DNA of 64,000 nt from Torpedo marmorata (Eukaryota). The stretch covers positions 139,190,001-139,254,000 of the forward strand of contig OZ360223.1 of NCBI GenBank assembly GCA_977017645.1, read 5' to 3'. The position numbers and the translations under genes are program-made. Positions 52,886-64,000 of the stretch are shown here, one piece after another. The notes under the pieces are model-generated. The model was not told where the DNA came from, made no database searches, and worked only from the letters and a program-made list of their open reading frames with translations. Numbering within the stretch: the stretch's first letter is position 1; each line of letters opens with the position of its first letter.

Positions 52886-53244
52886 CTTGGGTCTGCTGGA
52901 AACCTGTTGGTCTTTCAGCACATGGAGATGTCGGTGATGGAATGCTGATGATTGGCATATTCCAGGCTGCAGGAGAAAGTGCTGAGGGACACACTGAGGC
53001 TTGGTGCAGCCAACGCGAGGGCGCTGTGGGGAAGGACCACAGTTTAGAGTCCTCCCATTACCGGGCATTGAGGGGCTGAGACAAGGTGCCACGGGGGTGG
53101 TTTTTGGTGTATTTAGAGAACAATGTAACAATGTACATTGATGGGAATGTATAGATTTGATTGATGCTATGGCTGTGAAAAGACTTTGAATGGTTTTCTT
53201 ATTTGTAAATAATTTATTGTGAATAAAGTCTATCTTTGGAAAAA
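52886..53244 (+). mobile_element. Tx1-like LINE 3' end with A-tail and AAGATCA TSD
   Basis: NLLVFQH..LAYSRLQEKVLRDTLRLGAANARALWG; AATAAA and A-run; AAGATCA at 52879-52885 and 53245-53251. Confidence 0.7.
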
Positions 53245-55139
53245 AAGATCATGGCAGATATTTTACTTAAACCCCATTTTCTTGTCCTCTCCCCACATCC
53301 CTATGACCAAACCTCTATCAATCTCAGTTTTGAATTATTGAGTTTCCCTCTGGTGTCAAGAATCACTAACCTTTGCGTGATGAAAGTGCTCCTCACTTCA
53401 TTTCTAGATGGCATTGAATAAACTGCAAGAAAATCTGAAGTTATTCATATTCAATAGACTTTGTTTTCTGTCTAAATGTCAGGAGGTTTAATGAGGTACA
53501 CAAGGTTCACATAAGTGATGGTGCCCCTATGATGATCTTCACATCTTCCTGGAGATGGATATCTTAAAGGATTGTGTGGTGGTTGCTGAGCCAGATTGAG
53601 CAACAGTCCTCTGCCCTTGGATTTATCAGGACAATTGATCCACTGCTTGAGGTTGTATTCATCAGGTTCTGTTGAGCATCCACTCTTGTCTTGACCTCAT
53701 CTCTGATGCTCTGGAGATGTTGCCAGTAGCTCAGAGGATGGTCAAGTGTCATTGCCGAGGTAGTTTGGTACTGGATTGTGGGCAGCTGCAGAACTGGACA
53801 TGAAGTTCATTCCTGGTTTTCGAGCTGTTCAGATGGAGTGCTGAAACAACAATCTTGTCCCTATTGGATTGAAGTCTCCAGTTTCTGCAGTAGGTTTCCA
53901 GAAAACAAAGATCTCCTGTGCTTGTTTTTATTCAATGCCCTAACATTCTTCAGCCTGGCACACCAAGGTCAAGTCACATCAACAAAAAAAACATGCCTTT
54001 ATGGGAGAGAGGTCACTAGTATCTATGTGGAATAAGGCCAATGTCAGATCTGATCCCAGCAGGAGCTAATTTTTTTATTTTGTATGAGTGACTGAATGAT
54101 CTTTAAAGTACACATGGAATTTTTGGTTACTGACCATGAAATTGATTGGAAAATATTTTTTGGAGAAATTCAGCAGCATACCTACGGTATATATCATACT
54201 GTGTTATTGGTGAAGGAGAGGTCAATAAATTTAGTTTCTGCCTTCAGGCATCTTGGAGAGGTCAATGGCAGAGTCTGCCTAAAACAGTTACGGCCTATGT
54301 GAAAAACTAACTGTTGAGCAGCATTGCTGCTTCAGGCATTGAATGAACTGTAGGACAGAACTGTAAGTACAGGTACTAAATGAGCTGCAGCTCTGGAGTT
54401 GAATCCATTGAAATCATGTAACGGCAAAGAATGAATAACAATAGCAGAGCTGCATGTTCTGGCAATGGATGAACTGCAGCAATACCTAAATATACTGATA
54501 TTGCACTGACCATAATGATCGAGAATGAACTGTTGCAGCAGAACAGCATACATTGCCAATAAATGAATTCCAACAACATTTTTAAATACTGATATTCAAT
54601 AAACTGCAGCAATTCCATTTACAGGCATTAAATAACCTGCCAAAAAGGAGCTGCAGTTATTGGTGTTGAATGATTATCTGCAATAGGTCTTCACACGCTG
54701 GCATTGAATGCACTGCAATATGTCTTATCGTTGGAAAAACTAACTGTAACCACACATGATAGCATTGAACAAATTGGATTGACAATGGTAAGTACTGGCA
54801 CTGAATCGGTTGCAGCACAAGGGAAAAACAGAAAAGGGGTGTTTCTTCAATGAAAAAAATGCAGAAAGCTGCAGTACAAAGTGATTTGTTCTTGTGAATG
54901 AATCACAGAAAAGTATCACACAATTGTAGCAGATTTGTTTTATTTTTTTTAGTAGGTCGGCACAACATCGAGGGCTGAAGAAATTAGTGAAGTCTTACAG
55001 CAATGCTACAAGGCACCAGTGAGACCACATCGAGAGCACTGAACAATTTTGGTCCCTCTCTTTAAGGAAACATATTATTTCATTGGAGCCAGCTCGACGA
55101 GCATTCATGAGAATGATTCCAGATATATAGGGGTTGCAA

Positions 55140-55875
55140 AGGAAAATGGCAGTGCGACCGAAGTTGCTGTAACAGCAACGCTGGCGCTGGTGCAGACTAG
55201 GGAGAGCAGGGATGTTGATGGCTCCATATCGGCTATAATTGGCCTGATAAAGGAGCTGATGTCGATTTTCTTAAATCCTGCATCCACAGAGGTCTGTGCC
55301 CAAGATGGCGGCACCTGTGCTTGGCAGTGTACCACGAGGATTGCAGACTCCTGGAGAACAGCGGACCAGCACAGGGCACCAGAAATGGAAAGACCTCCCC
55401 ATTGAGAAGGAAAAGCATGGGAGACGACCCTACAGGGAAGGTGACCACGGCAGTGGACCAGCAGCTGAAGGTCCCACACAGGCTACGGGCTACTGGAGAT
55501 GGGCTCATGGAAACCAAGTATCAGAACCAGGATTTCAGAGGGTGCTGAGGGCAAGAAGGGCTCCCGAAAGGAGTTGAAGGTTTCGAGATCGTATCAGAGA
55601 TTTGGACCAGGAGCTCAGGCTGCCAATGGTTTTAACAGGAGTCTGTGTGACTGCAGAGGCTGTGGAAGCACTCGAGACGAATCCACAGACATTCAGTGCT
55701 GTATCTCTGAAGGGACTTTCATTTGCTTCTCTTTTTCTAATTGTTAGGGGCGCCAGGCAATGCTCATGGTAACTCTTTGTTTGCCTTACAGCAGACAAAA
55801 GTTTAAGTATATCATGTATATTACATTTTTTATATATTATTACGCAACAATAAAAGGAACATTAACCATGAACCT
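55140..55875 (+). mobile_element. Non-autonomous LINE-related retroposon
   Basis: CAAGATGGCGG motif (~55301) and a 3' tail GCCTTAC..CAATAAAAGGAACATTAACC similar to the tail of the 5S SINE at 47155-47260. 5' boundary uncertain. Confidence 0.5.
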
Positions 55876-56874
55876 TGCACACATAGTAAGGTTAAATAGG
55901 TTGGAGCACTGTTCTTTGGAGCTTTGAAGAGTGCGAGGTGATTATATTGAAACTTACGATTCCTAGGAAGCTAGATCGGGTAAATGCTGAGAGGCTTTGT
56001 CTCATAGGGGAGTCCAGAACCAGAGGGAATAGTCTCAAAATAGAATGGATATTTTGGCTTTGAATGAATTGCAATAATAGGGCGGTATGTACAGCATTGA
56101 ATAAACTACAGCAATGTCTTCATGTATTGGCATTGAATGGAATGCACAACTGGGTCTCATGTCTTGCGTGTAATAGAAGTGAATTGGTCAGCATGGCAAA
56201 TAAGGGTGAAGGGGCTGTCCTTGCTGTATGACTATATGATTCTATGGCATTAAATGAACTGAAGCATGTATTGCTGAGAATATATTGCAGCTATGTTCAC
56301 ACACTGACACTGGACAGACTGCAATTATATTTGCAAGGAACAGAATTGAATGTAATCCAGAAGCAGAACTATACCTTCTGGCATTAAATGTACTGCTACA
56401 TTGGCAATGAATAATCTTTATTAACAGAGCTTGATAAGTTGTCGTGACAGGGCTGCTCATTAACCAGCCTGCAATTCAGGACTGACATGAAAAGAAATTT
56501 CTTCTTGTGAAACTTTGGAATTCTCTACCCAAGAGGGTTGTGGAGACTCGTTCAATACTCGAGATATAAACGAGAGATTCTGAGGTTCAGGGAATCATGC
56601 AATATGGAGTTAATGTAGGAAGCTGGTGCTAAGATGAAAGTTTTACCATGATGTCAATGAATGACAGAGTAGGTTCAAAGATTTAAATGGCTACCGCTGC
56701 TTGCATTTCTAATGTCCTTAACAGAGCTGCATGTATTGGAATGGAATGAATTGCAACAATGATGCTGCCATGTTTGAATAAACAGCAGCTGCAAATGCAC
56801 TTTTTAACATCAAATAAGCTACAGCCACGGAGATGCACACATCTGCAGAGATGTACATATTGGTCTTGAATGAC

Positions 56875-57210
56875 ATCTCATAAGCAGTCCCTTGATGTAA
56901 AGGATGACTTCTTCCATTCCATTCTCTGGGATCTGCTGTGGCTGAATTTGCCACAGGAATCTTGGATCTGCAGACTGTGCAATATGTGGGGCAAGTGGTG
57001 CTTGATGGGGCTGAAGTATAATTTGCTTGGGATCTTGTGTATTCCTTCTGCTGTTTGTGAAAGGCCTCCATGTGCACATATAGACTTGAGATGATCTATG
57101 TCTTCCCAAATATTCCTTCTCATCTTGAGTGGGTTAGGGCAGGAAGTTAGTGAAGACAGTACATCTTTACAAGAGGACTTTGGCAATGTCCTTGGAATAT
57201 TTTCTGGAAA
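56875..57210 (-). mobile_element. RTE-like LINE 3' end
   Basis: C-terminal TCPTYCTVCRSKI zinc-finger-like remnant and tail GTCATCCTT..AAGGGACTGCTTATGA on the minus strand. Confidence 0.5.
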
Positions 57211-58290
57211 CCTCTTAGAACATAGAGCACTACAGCACAGTACAGGCCCTTCGGCCCTCGATGTGGTGCCAACTTGCTGTAACTGAGCTCAGAGTAAAGT
57301 GTTGGTTTGGGAGTCCAGCATCAGGCATGTAGACTCCCCTACCACCTCCATCCCCACATCCACTCTGAACCTGGATGTGTGTGATTGGAGCCTCACTGCT
57401 GGGAAGGACATATGCTGTTGGTTCATCTCACCTGCTGTTGGATTTGTATGTTTTGCAAAGGTAATGTTGGACAAACTGAAGCTAGCTTGTCTTTAATGAC
57501 ACTGAGTTATCTGCGGCGATAGGCCTGCATTTACTGCAATTACATAAATTGCAGCTACAGCTCTATGTATCAGCCATGAAAGAACTGCAACATCTGATAT
57601 CTTTTTATTACTATTTATTGAACTGCAGCAACTAATATACAGCAATCAATGTTCAATCACGACTTCTATAGGAGAACTGCATGGATTAGTTATGAATGAA
57701 CTACAACAACAGCCATACATATATTATAATGAATGAAAGGCAGGACATGCCTGCATGTATTAATAATGACAGCTCTGCATATGTCTCAGTGCTGTATTAT
57801 ACAAAGCACCAGACGTGTAGGTGATTATTATTACAGAACAATGCATTGTATTGATTACACTGCTGCATCGGATGTGAATAGATTTAGGCTTCATTGTACA
57901 TTATCTTTCATTCAAAATTAAAATGCATTTAGACATCACCATTCAGGATCCAACGTTTTTACAGTATTTGGCCAATGGATACTTACCGTACACCATAATG
58001 TTTTAAACTCCCTAACTTTAGGAATTGTCCTTTCAGAGAGGAACATTGAAAATATATCATTAAATACTAAACCCACGAGAGAGAAACAGAAAATAACAAA
58101 CTGACTTAAATCTATGGTGGGCAATTATTGAATTCTATAACATAGGACAAAGGAACAACTGACATAGAGAAATGCAAATATTTTCAGAGGGAGACAACAT
58201 GGATTGGTATAAGGTTGGTGTTACCTAATTGTTTTCTTTTGAGGAAGCATTGAAATAGAGGAATATCTCTGGACATATACCTGGATGTAA

Positions 58291-58420
58291 AAAAAACAAA
58301 CTGCTGGAGGAACTATGAGGACTAAGTGGGGTGCTGACCCAAAATGTTGACAATTCCTTTCTTCCCACAGTTGGTGCTCAACTTGCTGAGTTTCTCCAGC
58401 AGTTTGTTTTTTGCTCCAGA
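58291..58420. repeat. Inverted-repeat element (Penelope-like terminal repeat remnant)
   Basis: AAAAAACAAACTGCTGGAGGAACT (58291-58314) and AGTTTCTCCAGCAGTTTGTTTTTT (58389-58412) are inverted copies. Family assignment is inference. Confidence 0.55.
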
Positions 58421-58802
58421 TTCTTTTGAGTATTCATGGATGCAATTTATATAAATTAGAGATATAATTTGATAAGATTCCATATATAAGACCATTAACT
58501 GAAGTTGTCTCATGAAATTCAAGGCAAATTATTGATCCAGATGAAGGAATACAAAAGGTTGGATAATGGGTATATACTTGAATTAGAAGGAAGTTGCTTG
58601 TAGAGCTCCACAAGAATCTGTTGTCTGTATGTGTGCATGAATAACTATTCATTATATTTATTAAATACTTGGATTGCACAATAGATAGCAATATACTATA
58701 CCCAAGTTTGTCAGTGACCAGAGATTATTGGTACAGGGGATGATTAGAGAAGAAGATAAACTTACAAAAGGAAATAGACATGAGCAGACAATAGTGCAGT
58801 AG

Positions 58803-59195
58803 TGTGGCGGCCTGCCGCCATGGCGCTCGAGCCGGCTCTCCGGGCGGCGAGCACAACCAAAGGCCAGCAGCCCGCGCAGTGGCACTGGCCCCAACAAGCG
58901 AACCGGCAGGTAAACGGCATGGCAGCTTAAAGGCCAGCGGCCTCAAAATGGCACTGGCCTTGCTGCACAAGCCAACAGTCAGGGACGGCGCGCGGGGAAG
59001 AAGGGTATTGTTATGCAGGAAAGTACCCGCGCGCGGGAAACCCGCCTTTGTCATGTATAACCAGTGGTCAGTAAGAGCAGGCCATGGCGGGAACTGATTT
59101 ATTATAAAGGTCGGGCTCGAGCCCTAATAAACACACAGAACTTAACTTGACTACACAACGTGTGTGTGTCTTCTTTCAAGTAGCGTGCTGCTACA
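58803..59195 (+). repeat. 5' LTR
   Basis: TGTGGCGG..GCTGCTACA; contains TATAAA and AATAAA. Confidence 0.95.
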
Positions 59196-59197
59196 AT

Positions 59198-59210
59198 TGA
59201 TGACCCCGAC
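59198..59210 (+). promoter_or_regulatory. Primer-binding site, tRNA-Trp type
   Basis: TGATGACCCCGAC is a 12/13 match to the start of the tRNA-Trp PBS TGGTGACCCCGACGTGAT, 2 nt after the LTR. Confidence 0.8.
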
Positions 59211-59236
59211 AGTTTAGACGGCATCTAAACCCAACA

Positions 59237-59914
59237 ATGAGCGAACAGGCAGCAGTCAAGCTGCCGACTTTTTGGACGAATCAACCACGCGTGTGGTTTG
59301 ACCAGGCAGAGGCAGAGTTCCAGATCCGGCAGATTACAGTGGAATCCACCCAGTACTACCATGTGGTGAGCGCCCTGGACCAGGACACAGCGGGCCGGGT
59401 GGCCAACTTCATCCAGGGCCCCCCATCGGAAGGCGAATATACCGCGTTCAGGGACATGCTAATTGAGACCTTCGGGCTCTCACGGCGCGAGAGAGAAGCA
59501 CGACTGCTCCACCTGGATGGGTTAGGAGACAGGCCCCCGTCAGCCCTCATGAACGAGATGCTGACCTTCCTGGGTAAACACGAGCCCTGCATCATGTTCG
59601 AGCAGGCGTTCCCGGAACAACTGCCCGGGAGCATTCAACTACTCCTGGCCGATGCGGATTTCAGCGACCCACGGAAAGTCGCAGCACGAGCGGACGTTCT
59701 GTGGAAACAGAAAAGAGAGTGCTCGGCGTCTGTGGGACTTGTCACGAAACCCCGCAGCCAGGCCCGCACAGAGCCACCGAGAGAGCGGCAGTGCCCCAGA
59801 GGGGATGATCCGGATGATCAGTGGTGTTTCTACCACCAGAGATGGGGCGCCGGAGCCCACCGGTGCAGGCCGCCATGCACGTTTCAGGGAAACGCCGGGG
59901 CCTGCCGTCGCTAA
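59237..59914 (+). CDS. gag: Gypsy Gag-like protein (225 aa)
   Basis: Open ORF; [19 protein letters not shown]-terminus; C-terminal CFYH..CRPPC (CHCC) knuckle. Confidence 0.85.
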   Translation: MSEQAAVKLPTFWTNQPRVWFDQAEAEFQIRQITVESTQYYHVVSALDQDTAGRVANFIQGPPSEGEYTAFRDMLIETFGLSRREREARLLHLDGLGDRPPSALMNEMLTFLGKHEPCIMFEQAFPEQLPGSIQLLLADADFSDPRKVAARADVLWKQKRECSASVGLVTKPRSQARTEPPRERQCPRGDDPDDQWCFYHQRWGAGAHRCRPPCTFQGNAGACRR

Positions 59915-59932
59915 TGGCCACGACGACTGGCC
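59887..59932 (+). promoter_or_regulatory. -1 ribosomal frameshift signal (G GGA AAC) with downstream hairpin
   Basis: Heptamer is in the gag frame at 59887-59893; pol is in the -1 frame; imperfect stem GGCCTGCCGTCG/CGACGACTGGCC follows. Confidence 0.75.
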
Positions 59933-62900
59933 ACCAAGACAGCCTCCTGTACGTTTGGGACCGCCAGTCCGGACGATGCTTTCTAGTTGACACAGGAGCA
60001 GAGGTCAGCGTCCTGCCCCCGTTGGGACAGGACATCAGGAACAAGCAGTCGGGCCCCACGCTGAGGGCTGCCAACAACAGCACGATCCGGACCTATGGTA
60101 CCCGTTGGGCCCAACTGCTGTTAGGAGGCAGCCCCTTCTCTTGGGTGTTCACGCTGGCCGCAGTGGAACAGCCGCTCCTCGGGGTGGACTTCCTGCGTGC
60201 CCACAACCTGCTAGTGGACCTCAAGGGAAGGAGATTGGTCCACGCCAGGACTTTTCAAACCTTCCCCCTCAAAGACGCCCGGCTCCCAGCACTCCACCTG
60301 GACTCCGTGCAGAGGTCAGACAATGAGTACGCCAAGGTCCTGGCCGAGTTTCCTACAGTGCTCACCCCCCAATTTACCACGGTGATGCACCGACATGGAG
60401 TACAACATCACATCCTGACCCAGGGCCCGCCGCTCCACGCAAGGGCAAGACGCCTCCCTCTGGAGAAACTCCAGCTGGTGAAGGAGGAGTTCAGGAAGCT
60501 GGAGGAGCTCGGCATCGTCCGGCGGTCAGACAGCCCATGGGCTTCTCCCCTGCATATGGTACCGAAAACAACTGGGGGCTGGAGATCATGTGGCGACTAC
60601 CGCCGGCTCAACGAGGTCACGACACCAGATCGATACCCAGTGCCGCACATCCAGGACTTCGCGGCTAACCTGCACGGGGCAAAAATTTTCTCCAAGGTGG
60701 ACCTCGTGCGGGGATATTATCAGATTCCGGTACGTCCCGAGGATATCCCCAAGACCGCCATCATCACCCCGTTCGGCCTTTTCGAATTCCTGTGAATGCC
60801 GTTCGGGTTAAAGAACGCCGCACAGACCTTCTAACGACTTATGGACGCGGTGGGCGGAGACCTGGACGGCACCTTTGTATACCTGGACGACATCCTGGTG
60901 GTGAGCAGGAACAGACAGGAACACATCATGCACCTCCGCAACCTCTGCACCCGACTGAGCGAGTTTGGCCTGACGATCAACACAGCCAAATGCCAGTTCG
61001 GTTTGGAGACCATTGACTTCCTGGGCCACAGAATACCCAAGGAAGGAGCCACACCGCTGCCCAATAAGGTGGAAGCGATCCGGAAGTTCCCCAGACCCAA
61101 CACGACCAGGGGACAACAGGAGTTCGTGGGGATGATCAATTTCTACCACAGGTTCATCCCCGCAGCTGCCCGGATTATGCGGCCCTTATTCGCCCGGATG
61201 GCAGGCAAGGCGAAGGACATCACCTGGGACGAGGAGGCAACGGAAGCCTTCGTGAAGGCCAAGGACGCCGTTCTCCTGGCACATCCCAGGGCAGATGCTC
61301 CAACAGCCCTGACGGTGGATGCCTCAGGGACGGCGATCAGCGGAGTCCTGGAGCAGCAGATCGAAGGAAGTTTGCGGCCACTGGCTTTCTTCAGCAAACA
61401 TCTGCGGCCCCAGAACTGAAGTACAGCGCTTTCGACAGAGAGCTACTGGCGCTGTACTTAGCCATCCGCCACTTCAGGTACTTCCTAGAGGGCAGGCTCT
61501 TTACGGAGTACACAGACCACAAGCCCCTGACTTTCGCCTTGGCTAAAATTTCAGACCCCTGGTCGGCCTGCCAGCAACGACACCTGTCTTACATCTTGGA
61601 ATACACCACGGACGTAAGGCACATTTCCGGCAAGGACAATGTAGTGGCCGATGCACTGTCCAGGCGGAGTATCCAGGCACTATCGAAGGGGATGGATTTC
61701 GTAACACTGGCGGAGGTGCAACGAAAGGACGAGGAGATGCCCCAGTACAGGACTGCCTTATCGGTACTACAGCTCCGGGACATCCCAGTCGGCGCAGGTA
61801 CGATCACCCTCCTGTGCGACGTGGCCACCGGTCAAGTCAGACCCATCGGCTTGGAGACGACAGGTTTTCGACTCCATCCACGGGCTGGCTCACCCATCCA
61901 TCAGGACCACGGTCCGGCTGGTGGCCAGCAAATATGTGCGGCATGGATTACGAAAACAGGTCAGCGGGTGGGCGAAGGCGTGCACGCAATGCCAAACAGC
62001 CAAGGTACAGCAGCACTCTGAGACCCCACCCCAGCACTTCGAGCCCACAGAACGAATGTTCGACCACATCCATGTGGATATAGTAGGACCCTTGCCGGTA
62101 TCGCAGGGGTTCCGTTATTTATTCACGATGGTCGACCACTACATCAGGTGGCCAGAGGCAGTCCCGCTGGCAGACACGTCCACGACATCGTGTGCCAGAG
62201 CCCTCATCTCGTCCTGGGTGGCACGGTCCGGGTTACCGTCCCACATCACATCCGACAGAAGGGCCCAGTTCACCTCCAGTCTATGGTCCGACCTCGCCAA
62301 CCTGTGGGGCGCGCAGCTGCATCACACGACAGCTTACCATCCACAGTCCAATGGATTGGTGGAGCGCTTCCACAGACACCTCAAGACCGCGCTCATGGCC
62401 AGGCTCCAAGGTCCCAACTGGGCAGACGAGCTGCCATGGGCGCTGTTGGGCATTCGCACGGCACCCATGGAGGACCTCCAAACCTCTTCAGCTGAACTCG
62501 TCTACGGAGCTCTGTTGGTGGACCTGGGAGAATTCGTGCCATCCCCAGGCGGGAAACAGGATAACTCCATGGCATTCCTCGGCAAGCTCAGGGAAAGAGT
62601 CGGCAACCTGGCCCCGATTCCACCTTCCAGGCACCGACACGCGAGGACCAACGTACCCAAAGACCTACAGGACTGTGAGTATGTTTTCATTCGCAGGTGT
62701 CCACATCGTCCACCACTCCAGAGGCCATACGAGGGTCCGTTCTGGGTCATCCGCAACAACGGGGCCACGTTCGAGCTGGAGGACGGAGGCAAGACGGAGG
62801 TGTTCACCACGGACAGGCTGAAGCCAGCACAGCTGGACCCGGCGTGCCCGGTCGAGACACCAGCACCATGCCGAAGAGGCAGGCCACCGAAGGCCACAGA

Positions 62901-62940
62901 GACTTTGTCTCCTAGCACCAAGAACAATACCGCCGGTTCT
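59887..62940 (+). pseudogene. pol: Gypsy pol (protease, RT, RNase H, integrase) with stops and frameshifts
   Basis: LVDTGA; YLDD; LTVDASG, TDHKPL, NVVADALSR; HHCC, VDIVGP, ITSD, GLVERFH, YEGPF. Stops TGA 60793 and TAA 60832; frameshifts near 61410 and 61845. Confidence 0.92.
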
Positions 62941-62961
62941 GGGGGGGGGTGGGGGGGGTCA

Positions 62962-63354
62962 TGTGGCGGCCCACCACCGCGGCGCTCGAGCCGGCTCTCC
63001 GGGCGGCGAGCGCAACCAAAGGTCAGCAGCCCGTGCAGCGGCACTGGCCCCAACAAGCGAACTGGCGGGTAAACGACAAGGGCAGCTTAAAGGCCAGCGG
63101 CCCCAAAATGGCGCTGGCCTTGCTGCACAGCCAACAGTCAGGGACAGCGCGCGGGGAAGAAGGGTATTGTTATGAAGGAAAGTACCTGCACGCGGGAAAC
63201 CCGCCTTTGTCATGTATAACCGGTGGTCAGTAAGAGCAGGCCATGGCGGGAACTGATTTATTATAAAGGTCGGGCTCGAGCCCTAATAAACACACAGAAC
63301 TTAACTTGACTACACAACGTGTGTGTGTCTTCTTTCTAGTAGCGCGCTGCTACA
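62962..63354 (+). repeat. 3' LTR
   Basis: About 24 differences from the 5' LTR by hand count (~94% identity), mostly CpG transitions. Confidence 0.95.
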
Positions 63355-63399
63355 GTAGATCAATTTCAATGCAGGACAAGGCCACTACATTTGAACTAA

Positions 63400-64000
63400 G
63401 AAATATAGATCCATATGTTACTTAAATATTGAAAAGTTAGGAACAGTAGTGGTTCTAAATTACTTGAGGCCTATGTAGAGAAATCACTTAAATATGGTAG
63501 CCAGGTGCAAAAGATAATTAACGAGGTTAATGGAAATATGGCCTTTATAACAAGAAGACTAGGGTGTAAAAAGGAAAATTTGTTATGGCTACACAAACCC
63601 TGTTTATACTATATCTACTTAATTCTGGCCATTGCACTTTAGAAATTAGTGCAGGCCATGTTCCTCAGAATTTTACTTGGTGTCCAAAAGTTAGATTACA
63701 ATAAAGCAGCAATGTATTCTCCAAACTGTTACTGCTTAATGGTATTTTTTCATGCTTTTTGGATTTTTAAAGATATTTGTAATGTAATTGAATTGTTTTC
63801 CACTGGTAGTGGTTCGGAGTAAGAGGACATGGTCATAAAATCAGAATCAGGCCATTTAAGAGACAAATTAGGACATACTTAATGAGCAGAGTGGTTAAAG
63901 TGTGGATTTCTCTTCCCTAAAAAACAGTAAATGCTTTCTCAATTAATTATCATATGTATGAAATGAGAGATTTGTGCTAGCCAAAGGTATTAAGAGACAT
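63400..64000 (+). mobile_element. Old CR1-like LINE 3' fragment
   Basis: Degenerate GGCCTTTATAACAAGA, AAGAGGACATGGTCATAAAATCAGA and AGAGTGGTTAAAGTGTGGA motifs. Confidence 0.5.

Larger units (their letters stand above)
52355..57880 (+). repeat. Ancient degenerate minisatellite (core GGCATTGAATGAACTGCAGCAA) broken up by retroposon insertions
   Basis: Core recurs in patches at ~52355-52570, 54300-54820, 56060-56460, 56720-56870, 57470-57880. Confidence 0.6.
58803..63354 (+). mobile_element. Full-length Ty3/Gypsy LTR retrotransposon (Mag-like gag), inactivated
   Basis: Two 393-bp TG..CA LTRs, 4-bp TSD GTAG (58799-58802, 63355-63358), PBS, G-rich PPT (~62941-62958), gag and PR-RT-RH-IN order. 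Confidence 0.97.

Noticed and set aside
58661-59097. ORFs overlapping the LTRs
   Set aside because: GC-rich LTR sequence; frames are not conserved between the two LTRs because of indels.

Overview
Repeat-dense eukaryotic DNA with no intact host gene that I can recognise. The retroposon mix (V-SINE/HE1-like SINEs, CR1, Rex/Babar-like, Tx1/L1, RTE) suggests a cartilaginous fish (inference). Positions 3629-44301 are a head-to-tail duplication of a ~20.2-20.5 kb unit joined at a 6-bp CTGAAA microhomology. Each unit holds tandemly amplified LINE 3' ends, a family of related 27-39 bp minisatellites, a foldback MITE, a 4-5 kb 37-bp satellite and a decayed histone H3 locus. That locus is an H3 pseudogene followed by 9-10 tandem ~440-bp units, each an H3 N-terminal tail remnant joined to an H3 3' UTR with the histone stem-loop and a U7-complementary element, and no histone fold. 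A further H3 histone-fold relic lies at ~44.5 kb. The right third is a mosaic of SINE/LINE fragments, including a 5S-derived SINE, plus a full-length but inactivated Gypsy LTR retrotransposon (58803-63354). Almost all listed ORFs outside the Gypsy element are repeat artefacts. Alignments and counts were done by eye; function of the H3-derived array is unproven and neutral decay is the null model.
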